From Anolis carolinensis (taxonomy: Eukaryota): DNA of 64,000 nt. A program made the translations under genes and the position numbers. The notes beneath the pieces are model-generated. The model saw nothing but the letters and a program-made list of their open reading frames with translations. It did not search any database and had not been told where the DNA came from. How positions within the stretch are numbered: the first letter of the stretch is position 1; every line of letters starts with the position of its first letter. Below, piece by piece: positions 62,447 to 64,000 of the stretch. The DNA lies in contig NC_085844.1 in NCBI RefSeq assembly GCF_035594765.1, positions 187,628,107-187,692,106 of the forward strand, read 5' to 3'.

Positions 62447-63043
62447 CCATATTTCCCTGAAAATAAGACATACCCATAAAATAAGCCGTGGCAGGATTTC
62501 TAGGCATTTGCGCAATATAAGCCATACCCCAAAAAAGGAGAAATAGTGATAGGCATGGCTACGTAGTGTACCGGCGCATAGTGGTAAAGAAGGCAGCCGC
62601 CCCTTCCCTCTGCCATGGCCACAGCTGGCTTACCAGTTCACACCAGCACGCCCTCCTCCCTGCACAAGCAAGGGAAGGGCGCAAGGCACTCCAAAGCCTC
62701 CCAAATGGAAGGAGCAGGATCAGTGGCAAGCCCCGGTAAGGGGAAACGCTGGAAGAAGGCAAAGGGGACAGGAACCGCTCAGGCCCCTACCCCACCCACG
62801 CTGCAGCAGCAGGGCTCCTCCATGGTGCTCTTGCTGGAGCACTACTCGCTGGGCCGCCTTTCTTGCTATCACAGGGCTTGGGCACCACAGCATTCCCTCC
62901 CTTACAGGAGCAGCAGAGAGTCATCTGGCCATCACACCATCTGAGCGCTTGAGTACTGGCCATGGATATAAAAATAAGACATCCCCTGAAAATAAGCCAT
63001 AGTGTAAAATATAAGAAAATGTCTTATTTTGGGGGGAACATGA
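62447..63043. mobile_element. Tc1/mariner-superfamily (pogo-like) non-autonomous element
   Basis: TA-CCATATTTCCCTGAAAATAAGACA... left end, with subterminal repeats AAAATAAGACA/AAAATAAGCC repeated at the right end and inverted TGTCTTATTTTGGGGGGAAC. Confidence 0.6.
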
Positions 63044-63171
63044 TATATAATGTATATATATCAGGCATGGGCACCTGTTTGACCAACATAAACTTAACAG
63101 CATTTCATTGGAAGACCCCAGGGGCATCCTGTCCAACCCCCTTCTGCCATGCAGGAAAAGCACAATCAAAT

Positions 63172-64000
63172 TGTTGTCAAGCAAATTTAGGGTTTGTCCC
63201 TGGAGCAGGGACGAACCGATGCCCTCTGACCGCAGGATTTGATCCTGGCCAGCGGGGGCACTGCGAATTAAAACCCTATTTCCCACAATAATCTCACCCA
63301 AATTCTTGAAGAGAGCGAACCGAGTTGTCTTTATTTCGAGTCAGCTGATGCGGATGTCAAGACGCAATCATTCACAGTGATGACATGTCACATAATACAG
63401 TGCAGCGATTTTTATAAGCAAAAAGACAGGCGGAGCAATTCAAATCTCCCTCCCCGCCTTTCACCGCCCAGTTCCACTCTGATTGGCTCTTTGACTGGGT
63501 GGCTCGAAATCCCCCCAATCAGATGGCTTCCTACAGTCCACCAATCAGGGACAAGGGGCAGGCTGAGCAGCGATTAATGGACAGCCAAGCAGATTATGAA
63601 AAGGATGGATGAGTCAATATGTCCAATCTACATATGTGTCTGACACGCTGATCTGGTTTATTGACAAAGAGAGAGCTGTTTCCTGAATAATTGTGTGGAT
63701 GAAGGGTGAACTATCTTTCCTTCTGATGGTCTGCTCCGAACTCAGAAGGAGGAACAGCCCGAATAATTGTCCATGCAAGAGTAGGTGATAATCTCCTCTG
63801 GGCAGGGTACTCCAGCCCATCGGGGGGGGGGGGGCTGTCTGCACATAGCTGAGTCAAACCTCAGTCACTCTATTTTTCATATATGAGGCATTTTGGGAAG
63901 GGAGACATATAGGAATATGCCACCCAAAGGTCTAGAGTTCATAAAGTTTCATACGAAAGTCCAGAATCCAAAGGAAAAGATTGTAAAGCATGTGGTTTAA
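63172..64000 (-). mobile_element. Probable retroviral-type LTR (U5/R/U3); the other end was not located
   Basis: Starts TGTTGTC right after a CR1 tail. On the - strand: AATAAA at ~63330-63335, TATAAAAA at ~63409-63416, and CCAAT/ATTGG boxes at 63482-63545. Confidence 0.55.

Overview
Vertebrate genomic DNA, very likely from an Anolis-type lizard (Sauria SINEs, young L2, CR1, Penelope, Helitron, Vingi and MITE content). By reading splice sites and phases I reconstructed five spliced genes: the last 3 coding exons of EBNA1BP2 (+, 2898-4097), CFAP144/FAM183A (-, 4 exons, 136 aa), PIF1 helicase (+, 12 coding exons, 640 aa), SNAPC2 (-, 5 exons, 335 aa), and an unnamed 10-exon gene (+, 30754-43614, 596 aa). 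The unnamed gene encodes a signal peptide, an Ig-like plus ZPBP/Sp38-type ectodomain, an extended Cys-rich module, a transmembrane helix and a long Ser/Thr-Pro repeat cytoplasmic tail. It looks like a membrane-anchored, receptor-like relative of the secreted acrosomal ZPBP1/ZPBP2 proteins and is the main candidate for something undescribed. The genes form two head-to-head pairs, CFAP144/PIF1 and SNAPC2/ZPBP-like, each with an RFX X-box in the shared promoter. Other notable elements are an intact minimal hammerhead ribozyme motif in an intronic Penelope element, nested TE clusters, two Helitron-like elements, a young L2 with a long open RT frame, and a 219-bp tandem array with a 438-bp higher-order period. 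I recognised no protein-coding gene in 44-64 kb.
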